From a bacterium (GTDB lineage: Bacteria > Zhuqueibacterota > Zhuqueibacteria > Residuimicrobiales > Krinioviventaceae), in NCBI GenBank assembly GCA_963675755.2, contig CAXXMD010000003.1, forward strand, positions 2,240,001 to 2,304,000: a stretch of DNA of 64,000 nucleotides, in the 5' to 3' direction. The translations under genes and the position numbers were made by a program. Shown piece after piece: positions 9,674 to 19,938 of this stretch (within the stretch, counting starts at the first letter, position 1; every line of letters starts with the position of its first letter). Under the pieces are notes generated by a model. It searched no databases. It was not told the DNA's origin and saw only the letters and a program-made list of their open reading frames with translations.

Positions 9674-10786
9674 ATGTATTTATTGCATTTTTCAGACACC
9701 CATCTCGGCTATTCTGAATATCATAAAATTGATCCTGACACGGGATTAAATCAGCGTGAACAGGATGTATACAATGCCTGGGAGCAGGTGATTGAAAATA
9801 TTTTACAGATCAGACCGGATGTTGTGCTGCACACCGGAGACCTGTTTCATACTCCACGACCCAGTAATCGGGCAATTCGCATTGCATTGGAGGGTATTCA
9901 ACGCATCAGCGATGCTGGCATACCTTTGGTAATCATTTCAGGAAACCATGAAACCCCCAGGATCAAATCAACAGGTTCCATTTTTGAATCTATTGCCTTA
10001 TTCCCCAATGTATATGCCGCGTATATCAGTGAATATAAGCGCTTTCGTATTGGAGACAGTGATTTTCATTGTGTACCCCATTGCTCCCTGTCTGAAGAGT
10101 TGGAAGCAGCATTTGATGCTGTGGAAACGGATGGCGCCAAATACAATGTGTTTTTAAGCCATGGCGCATGGACAGGAAAGCTGGATTACAGTATGGGCGA
10201 GTTTAACGAACAGCGAATTCCTGATGTGGCGCAAGCATTAAATATAGAATTCGATTATGTGGCGCTGGGGCATTATCACAAGCATCTGGATATAAATGAT
10301 ACGGTCAGCTATTGCGGTTCAACTGAACGTACAAGCTTTAATGAAGCGGGAAATACCTGTGGATATCTTTTGGTGCAACTCGAAAAAAAGACGCGTGAAT
10401 ACAAAGAGATTGTATCCCGGGCCATGTTCAAACCCAAGCCGGTGGATTGCCGGGACATGAGTGCGGCAGAGATATATAAATATCTTGAAGGCATGAACTC
10501 AACCGACATGGATGATGCCATGCTTAGCCTTGCGCTTGAAAACATAGATGAGCATACCTTTTTAAAATTGGATAGTAAAGAAATAGACGTCATTTTCAAA
10601 AATACATTTTATCTGCAAAAATCGGTTCAACGTATTACCGCAAATAATGAAAAGCGATTGCAGGATTCTCATATTGATTCTTTACCGGTAGAGTTTTCAC
10701 GCTATTTGGATAATGTGAGTAACGCAGAACTGGATAAAGAAAAATTGCTTGAACTTGGAAATCATTACCTGACACAATATATATAA
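9674..10786 (+). CDS. sbcD: SbcD/Mre11-family DNA repair nuclease
   Basis: HFSDTHLG, GDLFH, SGNHE, SHG, YVALGHYH, YCGSTERTSFNE. Start moved to ATG 9674, downstream of the promoter. Confidence 0.88.
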   Translation: MYLLHFSDTHLGYSEYHKIDPDTGLNQREQDVYNAWEQVIENILQIRPDVVLHTGDLFHTPRPSNRAIRIALEGIQRISDAGIPLVIISGNHETPRIKSTGSIFESIALFPNVYAAYISEYKRFRIGDSDFHCVPHCSLSEELEAAFDAVETDGAKYNVFLSHGAWTGKLDYSMGEFNEQRIPDVAQALNIEFDYVALGHYHKHLDINDTVSYCGSTERTSFNEAGNTCGYLLVQLEKKTREYKEIVSRAMFKPKPVDCRDMSAAEIYKYLEGMNSTDMDDAMLSLALENIDEHTFLKLDSKEIDVIFKNTFYLQKSVQRITANNEKRLQDSHIDSLPVEFSRYLDNVSNAELDKEKLLELGNHYLTQYI

Positions 10787-10806
10787 TTTAATATAAAGGA
10801 GAAGTC

Positions 10807-11502
10807 ATGAAAAAAGCATTAATTGCAATTGCACTTTTGAGTATTGTTGCAATGGTTGCTGCAGGTAACCGTTTAAACGCCGAATGGGAAATGCTGTTCA
10901 ACGGTAAAGACCTTGACGGATGGGTTCAGCTCGGTGGTGAAGCCAAATACGAAGTTAAAGACGGTATGGTTGTGGGTACCAGTGTGATGAATACTGACAA
11001 TAGCTTTTTGTGCACAAAAAATACTTATGGAAATTTTATTCTTGAATATGATTTTATTGTAGATGAAAAATTAAATTCAGGTGTGCAGATACGCAGTTTG
11101 AGCAGCAAAGATTATAGAAACGGACGCGTTCATGGATACCAGGTAGAGATTGATCCATCTGACCGTGCGTGGTCATGTGGTATTTACGATGAAGCTCGTC
11201 GCGGTTGGTTGTATGATTTGCGTTTTAATGAAGCGGGACGCAATGCATTCAAGCATAATGATTGGAACCATGTTCATATTGAAGCCATTGGAAGTTCTAT
11301 CCGTACCTGGTTGAATGGTGTTCCTTGTGCAAACCTGGTTGATGACATGACCCCGAGTGGTTTTATTGCGTTACAAGTACATGGTATTGGTACCAATGAA
11401 GATAAAGAAGGTACACAGGTTAAATGGAAAAATATCAGACTGATTGATCTGGGTCCACTAACCGAATTCCCTGCTGTTGTCAATACAGATATTGATGATT
11501 AA
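10807..11502 (+). CDS. Secreted DUF1080 (3-keto-disaccharide hydrolase family) protein
   Basis: Signal peptide; [38 protein letters not shown]. Confidence 0.9.
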   Translation: MKKALIAIALLSIVAMVAAGNRLNAEWEMLFNGKDLDGWVQLGGEAKYEVKDGMVVGTSVMNTDNSFLCTKNTYGNFILEYDFIVDEKLNSGVQIRSLSSKDYRNGRVHGYQVEIDPSDRAWSCGIYDEARRGWLYDLRFNEAGRNAFKHNDWNHVHIEAIGSSIRTWLNGVPCANLVDDMTPSGFIALQVHGIGTNEDKEGTQVKWKNIRLIDLGPLTEFPAVVNTDIDD

Positions 11503-11545
11503 GCCCAAAAAGGTTCATTTCTAATGAATTGAGCTAAAGAATGTT

Positions 11546-11591
11546 GCCGGTTGAACATTGTTGTTTTTTAACGATGACAACCGGCTTTTTT
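11546..11591 (+). terminator. Intrinsic terminator between the two DUF1080 genes
   Basis: GCCGGTTG/CAACCGGC stem with inner pairing, followed by TTTTTT. Confidence 0.7.
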
Positions 11592-11606
11592 ATGGAGAGG
11601 ATTGTT

Positions 11607-12656
11607 ATGAAACGATTAAATCTAACTATTCTGGTTTTATTGATTTTGGGGTATAATCTGGCTTTTGCGGGAGAGCATTGGAAAATCCATGATATCTCCC
11701 GACCCAATCCGGCAATTATTACTCCCGGTACATTCAGCAGTCAGGCAAAGCCCGGCAATATTCCTTCAGATGCGGTTGTTCTATTTGACGGTAAAGACCT
11801 TTCTCAGTGGCGGAGCCTGGATGGAAGTCCGGCAAAATGGATCGTCAAAGACGGCAACATGGAATGTGTAAAGGGCAGCGGCTATATTCGTACCCTGCGT
11901 AATTTTGGCGACTGCCAACTGCATGTTGAATTTTCTACACCTACCGCTGCTGAAGGAAAGAGCCAGGCGCGAGGAAACAGTGGTGTTTTTCTGATGGGCA
12001 AATACGAAGTTCAGGTTTTGGACAATTATGAGAATCCCACATACTCTGATGGACAGTGTTCCGCGATTTATGGTGAGTATCCTCCGCAGGTGAATGCATG
12101 TCTGAAACCGGGTGAATGGCAGACCTATGATATCGTGTTTCACGCACCTCAATTCAATTGCGAAAAAGAATTGCTGAAACCGGGTACTGTTACTGTTTTT
12201 CATAACGGCGTATTGACGCAGGACCATGTGGAAATTCTGGGCCCAACCAGCTGGACCGAACGGCTGCCTTACTCGTGGCATCCGGACAAGTTGCCGCTGG
12301 CATTACAGGACCATGGGAATCCTGTGCGATATCGCAATATCTGGGTACGCGAGTTGCCGGCTGCGGCAGCAGGACAGGAATTGCCTCGAGCTGAGATAAC
12401 CGTACCCGTGGATGTTTTGACAAAATATACCGGCGCGTATCGCTGGAGTCCCACCAACACCCTCAAAGTCAAGCTGGAAAATGATGTATTGTGGGTAGCT
12501 GTACGTAACCAGGATTTTCGTCCCGTTTGCGCAGAAAGTGAAACAAAATTCTTTTCAAAATTTGTACAAGTTGAACTCGAGTTTAGTGAATCCGGGGATG
12601 AAGTAACCTTTGCTGTGGGCGGCAAGGTAGAGGGGACCATTAAAAAGGTAAAATAA
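11607..12656 (+). CDS. Secreted DUF1080 protein with C-terminal DUF3471-like domain
   Basis: SD GAGAGG and ATG at 11607; PSDAVVLFDGKDL, RGNSGVFL, YEVQVLD, LQDHGNPVRYRNIWVREL; C-terminal LTKYTGAY...ESETKFF. Confidence 0.88.
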   Translation: MKRLNLTILVLLILGYNLAFAGEHWKIHDISRPNPAIITPGTFSSQAKPGNIPSDAVVLFDGKDLSQWRSLDGSPAKWIVKDGNMECVKGSGYIRTLRNFGDCQLHVEFSTPTAAEGKSQARGNSGVFLMGKYEVQVLDNYENPTYSDGQCSAIYGEYPPQVNACLKPGEWQTYDIVFHAPQFNCEKELLKPGTVTVFHNGVLTQDHVEILGPTSWTERLPYSWHPDKLPLALQDHGNPVRYRNIWVRELPAAAAGQELPRAEITVPVDVLTKYTGAYRWSPTNTLKVKLENDVLWVAVRNQDFRPVCAESETKFFSKFVQVELEFSESGDEVTFAVGGKVEGTIKKVK

Positions 12657-12706
12657 GTTTACTACACATGATTACTGTCAAGTAAACCGTGGATAAATGC
12701 AAAGAG

Positions 12707-12745
12707 ATTTGATGGTGACGGAGATTATCTCTGTCACCATCAAAT
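12707..12745. repeat. 18-bp inverted repeat (hairpin, possible terminator)
   Basis: ATTTGATGGTGACGGAGA-tta-TCTCTGTCACCATCAAAT, with one G-T pair. Confidence 0.8.
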
Positions 12746-12775
12746 TTACACTGTCAGAAACGGATCTATTATATA

Positions 12776-12927
12776 TCCCGTTAGGGATGAAATATTTGTA
12801 GAATTTTCTTGTCCATTTTTTTAGCGTCCCATCGGGACGCAATATGCATATGATTCTATCTATCCCGTCCCGATGGGACGGAAATTATTTGTTTAGTGTG
12901 GCTACAAATATCTTGTCCCTAGCGGGA
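12776..12927. mobile_element. REPIN/MITE-like foldback element (non-autonomous, IS200/605- or RAYT-type palindromes)
   Basis: Terminal arms TCCCGTTAGGGATGAAATATTTGTAG and CTACAAATATCTTGTCCCTAGCGGGA are 22/26 complementary; inner arms 12825-39 and 12866-80 are perfectly complementary; each arm is itself a short palindrome. Confidence 0.6.
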
Positions 12928-13009
12928 CAAATATTAACTCGAGCTATAAGCATTGATATATGGGAAAAATTTTTAAACAACAATGGGAAAATGGCACGAC
13001 TAATTGTTT

Positions 13010-13440
13010 TCCTCTGTGTACCCAGTGTCTCCCTGGTTAAAAAGTTGATACACAGAGAGGTTTTTGTTTAGCCACTGATCGACACATATTTTCACGGATA
13101 AAATTGCAAAAATCACTTTGGCAATATCTGTCACCATAAGGTCATCATCACTGACGGGATAATTTTTTTTTCGTGCTTTTCGTTGTTTGTTTTTAGGTGT
13201 TATCTTGATTTGCAATTGATAATTATTGACCACGAAGGAAAGAAGTGCACGAAGGATTGTTTTGTTGTTCCTTCGTGCGCTTTGGTTTAAATTAAAAAAA
13301 GATAGTAATAGGCACTACTCTTATAAAAGTCCGTCTGTGACGGACAAACGAAATAAATTTCGTTCTGCATTGCGTTTAGCGTCGGCCTTCGATACACTCG
13401 CTCATCCGCTTTCCAGCGGATTCGCTCGTACTCTGGTACC
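13010..13440. repeat. Mosaic of short intergenic repeats and palindromes
   Basis: Modules shared with 21700-21900 and 31780-32200, including a 39-nt double hairpin at 13328-13366. Confidence 0.7.
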
Positions 13441-13449
13441 GGACAATTG

Positions 13450-16400
13450 TTATTCCCTAAACAATATCAACGCCGGGACGATCTGTTTTTCGATTCCAGG
13501 GCCCTCATAACTCACATCCAAAGCTTTTGCGCCGCCTTTTTGAAAATAGGTTGTACGGATTTTGTGTCTGCCGGCCTCGAGATGGACGTTACCGCTTTTT
13601 TCAATATAGATGTGCCCGGTGCCATTGTCCACCACCATCTTTTCGTCAATATAAACAATACTGCCGTCATTAGAACCGCTGTAAAAGGTATAATCGCCAG
13701 TCTTCTCAATATCGATAAATCCATTATACTGGACTGCAAACATGTTGGTTGTGAGCGGCAGGTCTTTAAGATCAATATTGTAAACATATCCCTGGACATC
13801 CGGTTGCAATTTGTTGAAATTGGGCATATCCTGAAAATCACCATTATAGATCTGGTATTGAACTCCATTTTTTTCAGGATCAATACAGGTATACAGCTTG
13901 AATGCAATCTGGCTGGGTTTACAACCCGCTTTAAAAGATCTGGCCCGTACCTGGGTACTGCTGTCGATACTAAAGGGCTTTTTGTACAATGTGGATTCTT
14001 GCGTTGGCTCTGAACCATCCAGAGTATAATATATCTTGGCATCCTGAGAACCGCATTTTAGTTCAATAGCCAGATTATCGGGTTTGAAAAAGTATTGCAG
14101 GTTGGGGGTAATCTCGGGACTGGTAACCGCCGGCTTGTCGATTACGGTTTTAATATCGCCAACTGAAAATGAATAATTGCCAGAGCCAACCTCAAATACC
14201 GCAAGGTTTCCATCCATTTTTACAAATTGTACACCCTCTGCGTCTGATACAGGTTTTTTACTTTCTTTTACAGATTCTTTATCTTTGGCAGGCAGGTAGA
14301 CTGTTGCCGTGGTGTTTACGGGTATGGTTATATTTAATTGATAATCTGTTTCAGTACATGTCCAATTGGATTTGACAATGCCATACAAGGTGTTAACCGT
14401 TGCATCTACATAGCCTGTTTCTGCCTGAATATAGGGTTTTATGATAATGTGTTTAAAGCCGGGCTGGGTTTCGTCTGTTTGAATACCTGCCAGGAACTTG
14501 TAATACCATGAGCTGATACTACCAAACATAACATGGTTATTAGAGCCGCTCTGGTCCCAATGTTCGGACAAGGTGGTACGGGTTTTCACCAGATCATACC
14601 AACCGGGATAATCGGGTTGGGTTGCAAGCAGGTAAGCGATTTCGTTTGCGCCTGCGTATGACAAGGTTTCCATCATGTATTTTGTGCCCAAAATACCGGT
14701 CAGGATATGACCCTTGTCGCGTTTGATGATATCCTGAAATAGCGATTGCAGTACATCCTGCCGGGAAGCATCCGGAGTAATACCCAGGAACAGAGGTGCC
14801 GAGTTGGAGTACTGTCCGCCATTTTCATAAATGTTTTGTTTGGCGTCGAAATACTTTTTATTGTAGGCATCTTGTATTTTATTTGAAAGCTCGTTGTATT
14901 TTTGCTGATCATCCCGCAGATTCAGAATGCCAGCGATTTTACTCAGCAAGATGCTGTTGTAATAATAGTAAAATGTGCCCACAGATTCGGGTTTTCCCCG
15001 TGACCAGTCAGGTTCAATACTGTACCAGTCCCCGTATTTGTCATGTGGGAGGATATATCCCTCAGCAGTGGAAGATAAATGGTCCAAATAGGCCTTTAGA
15101 TTTTCATAATGGTCCGCAAGGATCTGTTTGTCTCCATAGAACTGGTAATGGTACCACAAGATCAAAATATAGGCAGAGCTCCATGCCGGGGTGCCACCTT
15201 CCGTTGAAGGACGGGGAATAATGTAGGGGATATCGCCACTCTGTTTATCCTGACCGAGTTGTATACTGTTCAGCCAGTATTTGTAAAACAGGGGAGTGTG
15301 AAAGTTATACATGGCTTCTTCAGCAGTAATATGGGCGTCTCCCAGCCAGCCGAGTCGTTCATCGCGTTGGGGACAATCCATGGGGTATCCCACCATATTG
15401 CTGCGTTGTGACCACAGTGTTGCCTGCTGTACTTTGTTGAGTAAGATGTTTCCAGTCTCGAATGAACCGGTAATGTCACAAGATGAATGTACCACACAAC
15501 CGGTAACGGATTCAATTTCGGGCAGAGCAGGTTCAGCGGTAATTTGAACATATCGAAATCCGTGATAAGTAAAATGAGGTTCATAGGTTTCTGATTCATT
15601 ACCATTCAATATATATGTATCTTTTGCTGCTACCAGATTATTTGTGTTCTTGTCCACGAGACCGTTTTGTAGCAGGTTTTCCGCGTATTGTACGGTCATA
15701 ATTGTGTTTGCGGTTCCGTTTAATTTGATTTTTGCCCAGCCGGCAAAATTTTGTCCCATATCATAGACATAAACTCCCTTTTGCGGCTCAGTAGCCGAAA
15801 CGGGCTCTATTGTTTGGGTGATTTTAATGGGTTCCATGGTTTGGGCAACCAGCTTTCCTCCGGGAGCCGTCATGGTTTTGACCGGTTCCCATTGAGAATC
15901 ATTATACTCTTTTGCGTTCCACCCTTGTTTTTCAATTCTGGCATCGTAATATTCACCATCATAAACGCAGCTTGAGAGAATTGCACCATCAGCAGCTTTC
16001 CATGACTCATCGGTTATGACCTGTTCCGTACTGCCATCTTTATATTCGATCAGCATTTGCAGAATGGCCCGTTTGGGGCCAAACCACTGCATGCGCCAGC
16101 TCCACCATTTTTTTAAAGGGTTGAACCAGCCGTTACCCAGCTCTATGCCGACTGCATTTTGTCCGGATTGTAACATGTTGGTTACATCATAAACATCGTA
16201 ATAGACTTTATTGCGATAATTGGTTTTAACGGGATTCAGGATTTTATCTCCAACTTTACTGCCGTTCAGGTAAAGCTCGTAAAATCCCAGACCGGTCACG
16301 TTTACAACGGCGCGTTTGATTGCACCCGATGTGTTAAATTCTTTGCGGAGAAGAGTTGATCGCTCGTTCACATTGACTGTATCATTGGGTTTAGCAGCGG

Positions 16401-16890
16401 GACTGTCATAGTATTTGGCATCGATGACGGGGAGGAAATCCGGATCCTTGCCGATCCATTCTGCCTGCCATTTGTCAAACATACCTGTTGTAAAATAGGA
16501 TTGTTCACTCCATTTAGAAGCGTTACCTGCTTTGTCCCAGACTTTGACCTGCCAATAGCAGGTTTGGTTGCTTTTCAAAGCTTCACCCTGATATTGTATG
16601 TGCAGGTTTTGATCGGATTCAATTCTGCCGCTGTCCCATAGATCGCCCAGTTCCTGTTCAAGATTGTTGGGTCTGCTGGCTACCAGAATACGATAAGCGG
16701 TTTGTGTTTGGCCCCGTTGGTTTGAAGTCAATTGCCAGCTGAACCGTGGTGCAGGTGTGTCGATCCCTGTTGGATTGGTCAGATATTCACAAACAGGATT
16801 TTGGATGGTGACAGGTGGAGTAAAATTGCTGCAATTTGAAATGAGAATTAACGAAAAAAGCAAAACGGTAGAGCGAATAATACTTTTCAT
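13450..16890 (-). CDS. GH78 alpha-L-rhamnosidase-family lipoprotein with C-terminal chitobiase/FN3-associated and PA14 domains
   Basis: CEYLTNPTGIDTPAPRFSW, GLGFYELYLNG, DMGQNFAGW, FTYHGFRYV, DCPQRDERLGWLGD, TTLSEHW, SNNHVMFG; IYYTLDGSEP; SNDGS...VDNG. Confidence 0.92.
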   Translation of the reverse strand: MKSIIRSTVLLFSLILISNCSNFTPPVTIQNPVCEYLTNPTGIDTPAPRFSWQLTSNQRGQTQTAYRILVASRPNNLEQELGDLWDSGRIESDQNLHIQYQGEALKSNQTCYWQVKVWDKAGNASKWSEQSYFTTGMFDKWQAEWIGKDPDFLPVIDAKYYDSPAAKPNDTVNVNERSTLLRKEFNTSGAIKRAVVNVTGLGFYELYLNGSKVGDKILNPVKTNYRNKVYYDVYDVTNMLQSGQNAVGIELGNGWFNPLKKWWSWRMQWFGPKRAILQMLIEYKDGSTEQVITDESWKAADGAILSSCVYDGEYYDARIEKQGWNAKEYNDSQWEPVKTMTAPGGKLVAQTMEPIKITQTIEPVSATEPQKGVYVYDMGQNFAGWAKIKLNGTANTIMTVQYAENLLQNGLVDKNTNNLVAAKDTYILNGNESETYEPHFTYHGFRYVQITAEPALPEIESVTGCVVHSSCDITGSFETGNILLNKVQQATLWSQRSNMVGYPMDCPQRDERLGWLGDAHITAEEAMYNFHTPLFYKYWLNSIQLGQDKQSGDIPYIIPRPSTEGGTPAWSSAYILILWYHYQFYGDKQILADHYENLKAYLDHLSSTAEGYILPHDKYGDWYSIEPDWSRGKPESVGTFYYYYNSILLSKIAGILNLRDDQQKYNELSNKIQDAYNKKYFDAKQNIYENGGQYSNSAPLFLGITPDASRQDVLQSLFQDIIKRDKGHILTGILGTKYMMETLSYAGANEIAYLLATQPDYPGWYDLVKTRTTLSEHWDQSGSNNHVMFGSISSWYYKFLAGIQTDETQPGFKHIIIKPYIQAETGYVDATVNTLYGIVKSNWTCTETDYQLNITIPVNTTATVYLPAKDKESVKESKKPVSDAEGVQFVKMDGNLAVFEVGSGNYSFSVGDIKTVIDKPAVTSPEITPNLQYFFKPDNLAIELKCGSQDAKIYYTLDGSEPTQESTLYKKPFSIDSSTQVRARSFKAGCKPSQIAFKLYTCIDPEKNGVQYQIYNGDFQDMPNFNKLQPDVQGYVYNIDLKDLPLTTNMFAVQYNGFIDIEKTGDYTFYSGSNDGSIVYIDEKMVVDNGTGHIYIEKSGNVHLEAGRHKIRTTYFQKGGAKALDVSYEGPGIEKQIVPALILFRE

Positions 16891-17042
16891 TTTGTTCCTC
16901 TAGAGTTTAATCAGCCAGCTGGTACCCAATACTTTGCCCCTATGATTTATAAAATAGTCAAAATCTTAAGAAAAGCAATGATTTTTTCTGTGTGATGTTG
17001 GAAATAAATGCGGCAGTAATCCGGTTTAATTGTAAATAAATC

Positions 17043-17093
17043 TTGACAATATATTTTTTTGTCTTAAATTATGACTATTACTATAGTATTTAT
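17043..17093 (+). promoter_or_regulatory. Sigma70 promoter with overlapping Rrf2/CymR-like operator
   Basis: TTGACA-N16-TAAATT, overlapped by AAATTATGACTATTACTATAGTATTTAT, an AT-rich imperfect palindrome resembling CymR/IscR boxes. Confidence 0.5.
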
Positions 17094-17109
17094 CGTATTT
17101 GGAGATATA

Positions 17110-17553
17110 ATGAAAATCACATTCAAGAGTGAATATGCCATCAAGGCTCTGCTGGATCTGTCTTTTCGCTATACCGGCAGTGAGATTGTTCCCTTGACGG
17201 ATATTTCCAAGCGGCAAAGTATACCGTTGAAATATCTGGAGCAAATCATGCTGATTTTAAAAAAAGCGGGGTATGTGGAAAGCAGACGCGGCATTGGCGG
17301 TGGGTTTATGCTGGGCCGTTCACCGGAATCCATTGTTCTTGGTGATGTAGTGCGGACCATTGAGGGACCGCTTGATACCAGCAGCGATATGAAGGGCAAT
17401 GGAGATGCGCATACGAACCAGGCGTTAAAGGAGATTTGGCAAGATGTGAACAATGCCACGGCAGCAATTGTGGATACGATCACTTTTGCCGCTATCATGC
17501 GCAGGGTGAACGAGTTGAAACAGCAAAATCAGGAATTTATTTATTATATATAA
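17110..17553 (+). CDS. cymR: Rrf2-family regulator, CymR-like
   Basis: SD GGAG; KSEYAIKALLDL, IPLKYLEQIM, SRRGIGGGF, VVRTIEGP; no Cys ligands; C-terminal FIYYI; first gene of a Cys/Met operon. Confidence 0.8.
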   Translation: MKITFKSEYAIKALLDLSFRYTGSEIVPLTDISKRQSIPLKYLEQIMLILKKAGYVESRRGIGGGFMLGRSPESIVLGDVVRTIEGPLDTSSDMKGNGDAHTNQALKEIWQDVNNATAAIVDTITFAAIMRRVNELKQQNQEFIYYI

Positions 17554-17578
17554 CCATTGAAAGTAAAGGAGCACCACT

Positions 17579-18868
17579 ATGTCAGATAAAAAATTAGCAT
17601 TCGAGACCCTGGCCCTGCATGGCGGGCAGATCCCCGATTCTACGACATTGTCCCGCGGGGTTCCGGTATATAGAACCAGTTCATATGTATTTAAAAATAC
17701 CGAACACGCAGCCAATCTTTTTGCATTAAAGGAAATGGGTAATATTTATACCCGACTTGGAAATCCTACTCAGGATATTCTTGAACAGCGCGTTGCACAG
17801 CTTGAAGGCGGCGGGGCAGCGCTTGCGCTGGCTTCCGGTACTTCGGCAATTCATTATACTGTACTCAATATTTGCCAGGCTGGTGACGAGATTGTATCCG
17901 CAAACAACCTGTACGGCGGCACCTATACCATGTTTGATAATATTCTGCCGCAACAGGGCATCAAGGTGCATTTGGTAGATCCTTCGAATCCTGAAAATTT
18001 TGAAAAAGCCATCAATGAAAAAACCAAAATGCTGTATGTGGAAACCATTGGTAATCCTAAATTGCAGGTTACCGATATGGAAGCCGTTGCCAAAATCGCG
18101 CAAAAGCACCATTTGCCATTGGTCGTGGATTCCACATTTACTACTCCGTACCTGATGCGACCGCTTGAATACGGTGCAAATATTGTGATACATTCATTGA
18201 CCAAATGGATGGGTGGTCACGGAGCCGGTATTGGCGGTATTGTTGTTGACGGTGCCAACTTTGACTGGACAGACAAGAAATTCAATTTTTACAACGAACC
18301 GGATGACAGCTATCACGGTATCCGTTACGCGCACGATCTGGGTGATCTTAATCCTGTTGCGTTTATAATGAGATTGCGTCTGGTACCTCTGCGCAACCTG
18401 GGTGCTTGTATTTCTCCGGACAATGCCTGGATGTTTTTGCAGGGAATTGAGACCTTGCCCTTGCGTATGCAGCGACATTGTGAAAATGCGTTAAAGGTAG
18501 CCGAGTATTTAAAGTCAAACCCGAAAATCTCATGGGTAAGCTATCCCGGTTTGGCTGATGATCCTGAACATGCAACAGCGAAAAAATATTTAAAGAATGG
18601 TTACGGCAGTGTTATTGCGTTTGGTGTAAACAATAAACGCGATGACGCGGAAAAATTCATCAACAATCTTGAATTGATCTCGCATCTGGCCAATGTGGGC
18701 GATGCCAAGAGCCTGGCACTGCATCCGGCCAGCACAACCCATTCCCAGTTGTCTGAACAACAGTTGACAGACCTGGGTATTACTCCGGACTTTGTTAGAA
18801 TGTCTGTTGGAATTGAAAATGTAAATGATATCATCAATGACATCCAGCAATCGCTGGATCGAATATAA
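17579..18868 (+). CDS. metY: O-acetylhomoserine aminocarboxypropyltransferase (sulfhydrylase)
   Basis: [32 protein letters not shown] (PLP Lys), [21 protein letters not shown]. Confidence 0.95.
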   Translation: MSDKKLAFETLALHGGQIPDSTTLSRGVPVYRTSSYVFKNTEHAANLFALKEMGNIYTRLGNPTQDILEQRVAQLEGGGAALALASGTSAIHYTVLNICQAGDEIVSANNLYGGTYTMFDNILPQQGIKVHLVDPSNPENFEKAINEKTKMLYVETIGNPKLQVTDMEAVAKIAQKHHLPLVVDSTFTTPYLMRPLEYGANIVIHSLTKWMGGHGAGIGGIVVDGANFDWTDKKFNFYNEPDDSYHGIRYAHDLGDLNPVAFIMRLRLVPLRNLGACISPDNAWMFLQGIETLPLRMQRHCENALKVAEYLKSNPKISWVSYPGLADDPEHATAKKYLKNGYGSVIAFGVNNKRDDAEKFINNLELISHLANVGDAKSLALHPASTTHSQLSEQQLTDLGITPDFVRMSVGIENVNDIINDIQQSLDRI

Positions 18869-18885
18869 TCCAATGGAGGTGGACC

Positions 18886-19860
18886 ATGGCAAAGATATTT
18901 TCCGATAATAGCTATGCAATAGGCGGAACCCCGCTGGTCCGATTGAATAGAATAACGGATGGTGGCAAAGCCACCATCCTTGCAAAAATAGAGGGTAGGA
19001 ACCCTGCATACTCGGTCAAATGTCGTATTGGCGCCAATATGATCTGGGATGCGGAGAAAAAGGGCCTGTTAAAACCCGGTAGTGTCATTGTTGAACCCAC
19101 TAGTGGCAATACCGGTATTGCCCTTGCGTATGTGGGAGCAGCCCGCGGTTACAAAGTTATATTGACCATGCCGGACAGTATGAGCATTGAACGACGTAAA
19201 TTGTTAAAAGCTCTGGGTGCGGAACTGGTTTTGACCGAAGGAGCAAAAGGTATGAAGGGCGCTGTTGAAAAAGCTGAAGAGATTCAAAGCAGTGATCCCG
19301 CTAAATATGTACTGCTCCAGCAGTTTAAAAATCCCGCGAATCCCGAGGTGCACGAAAAGACCACCGGTCCCGAAATATGGGACGACACGGATGGAAATAT
19401 CGATGCTCTGGTCTCGGGTGTGGGTACAGGCGGTACCATTACCGGATTGTCCCGTTATTTCAAGAAAACACAAGGTAAAGCCATTACTTCGGTTGCGGTA
19501 GAGCCTGCGGACAGTCCCGTGATTACCCAGACACTGAACAAACAGGAACTCGCTCCCGGACCGCACAAGATCCAGGGCATTGGCGCGGGATTCATTCCCG
19601 ATATTCTGGACATTTCACTGATAGACCGGGTAGAGCTGGTGAGCAATGACGATGCAATCCAATACGCGCGCAGGCTGGCAAAGGAAGAAGGTATACTTGC
19701 CGGAATATCCTGCGGAGCGGCTGTTGCAGCAGCAGTGCGATTGGGCAAACTGGATGAATTTGCCGGTAAAACCATTGTTGCTATTCTTCCGGATAGCGGT
19801 GAACGGTACCTTTCAAGCATTCTGTATGAAGGTATATTCAATACCGAAACCGGAATGTAA
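18886..19860 (+). CDS. cysK: Cysteine synthase A
   Basis: [54 protein letters not shown]. Confidence 0.97.
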   Translation: MAKIFSDNSYAIGGTPLVRLNRITDGGKATILAKIEGRNPAYSVKCRIGANMIWDAEKKGLLKPGSVIVEPTSGNTGIALAYVGAARGYKVILTMPDSMSIERRKLLKALGAELVLTEGAKGMKGAVEKAEEIQSSDPAKYVLLQQFKNPANPEVHEKTTGPEIWDDTDGNIDALVSGVGTGGTITGLSRYFKKTQGKAITSVAVEPADSPVITQTLNKQELAPGPHKIQGIGAGFIPDILDISLIDRVELVSNDDAIQYARRLAKEEGILAGISCGAAVAAAVRLGKLDEFAGKTIVAILPDSGERYLSSILYEGIFNTETGM

Positions 19861-19889
19861 AACTATTTGTCATTTTGCTTAAATTGTGT

Positions 19890-19921
19890 ATATTGAAGCG
19901 GTGCAAAAACCGCTTCAATAT
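19890..19921. promoter_or_regulatory. 13-bp perfect inverted repeat between cysK and metX
   Basis: ATATTGAAGCGGT-gcaaaa-ACCGCTTCAATAT, overlapping a TTGTCA-N16-TATATT promoter-like element. Confidence 0.45.
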
Positions 19922-19938
19922 CATATTTTGGAAAACGT

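Noticed and set aside
11541-11606. N-terminal extension of the second DUF1080 ORF
   Set aside because: It overlaps a terminator; SD and signal peptide support ATG 11607. Starts of sbcD, the Rrf2 gene, yitJ and the Omp85 fusion were trimmed on similar promoter or SD grounds.
12657-13449. CRISPR array or integron attC array in the repeat-rich gaps (also 21699-22018 and 31767-32256)
   Set aside because: No regularly spaced identical repeats with unique spacers, no cas or integrase gene, no cassette ORFs.
12844-13510. Short ORFs 12844-13071, 13000-13233 and 13226-13510
   Set aside because: They are translations of palindromic repeats, with no SD and no protein-like motifs.
16891-19938. SAM riboswitch or T-box in front of the Met/Cys genes
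   Set aside because: The leaders are too short or AT-rich and lack the conserved motifs.
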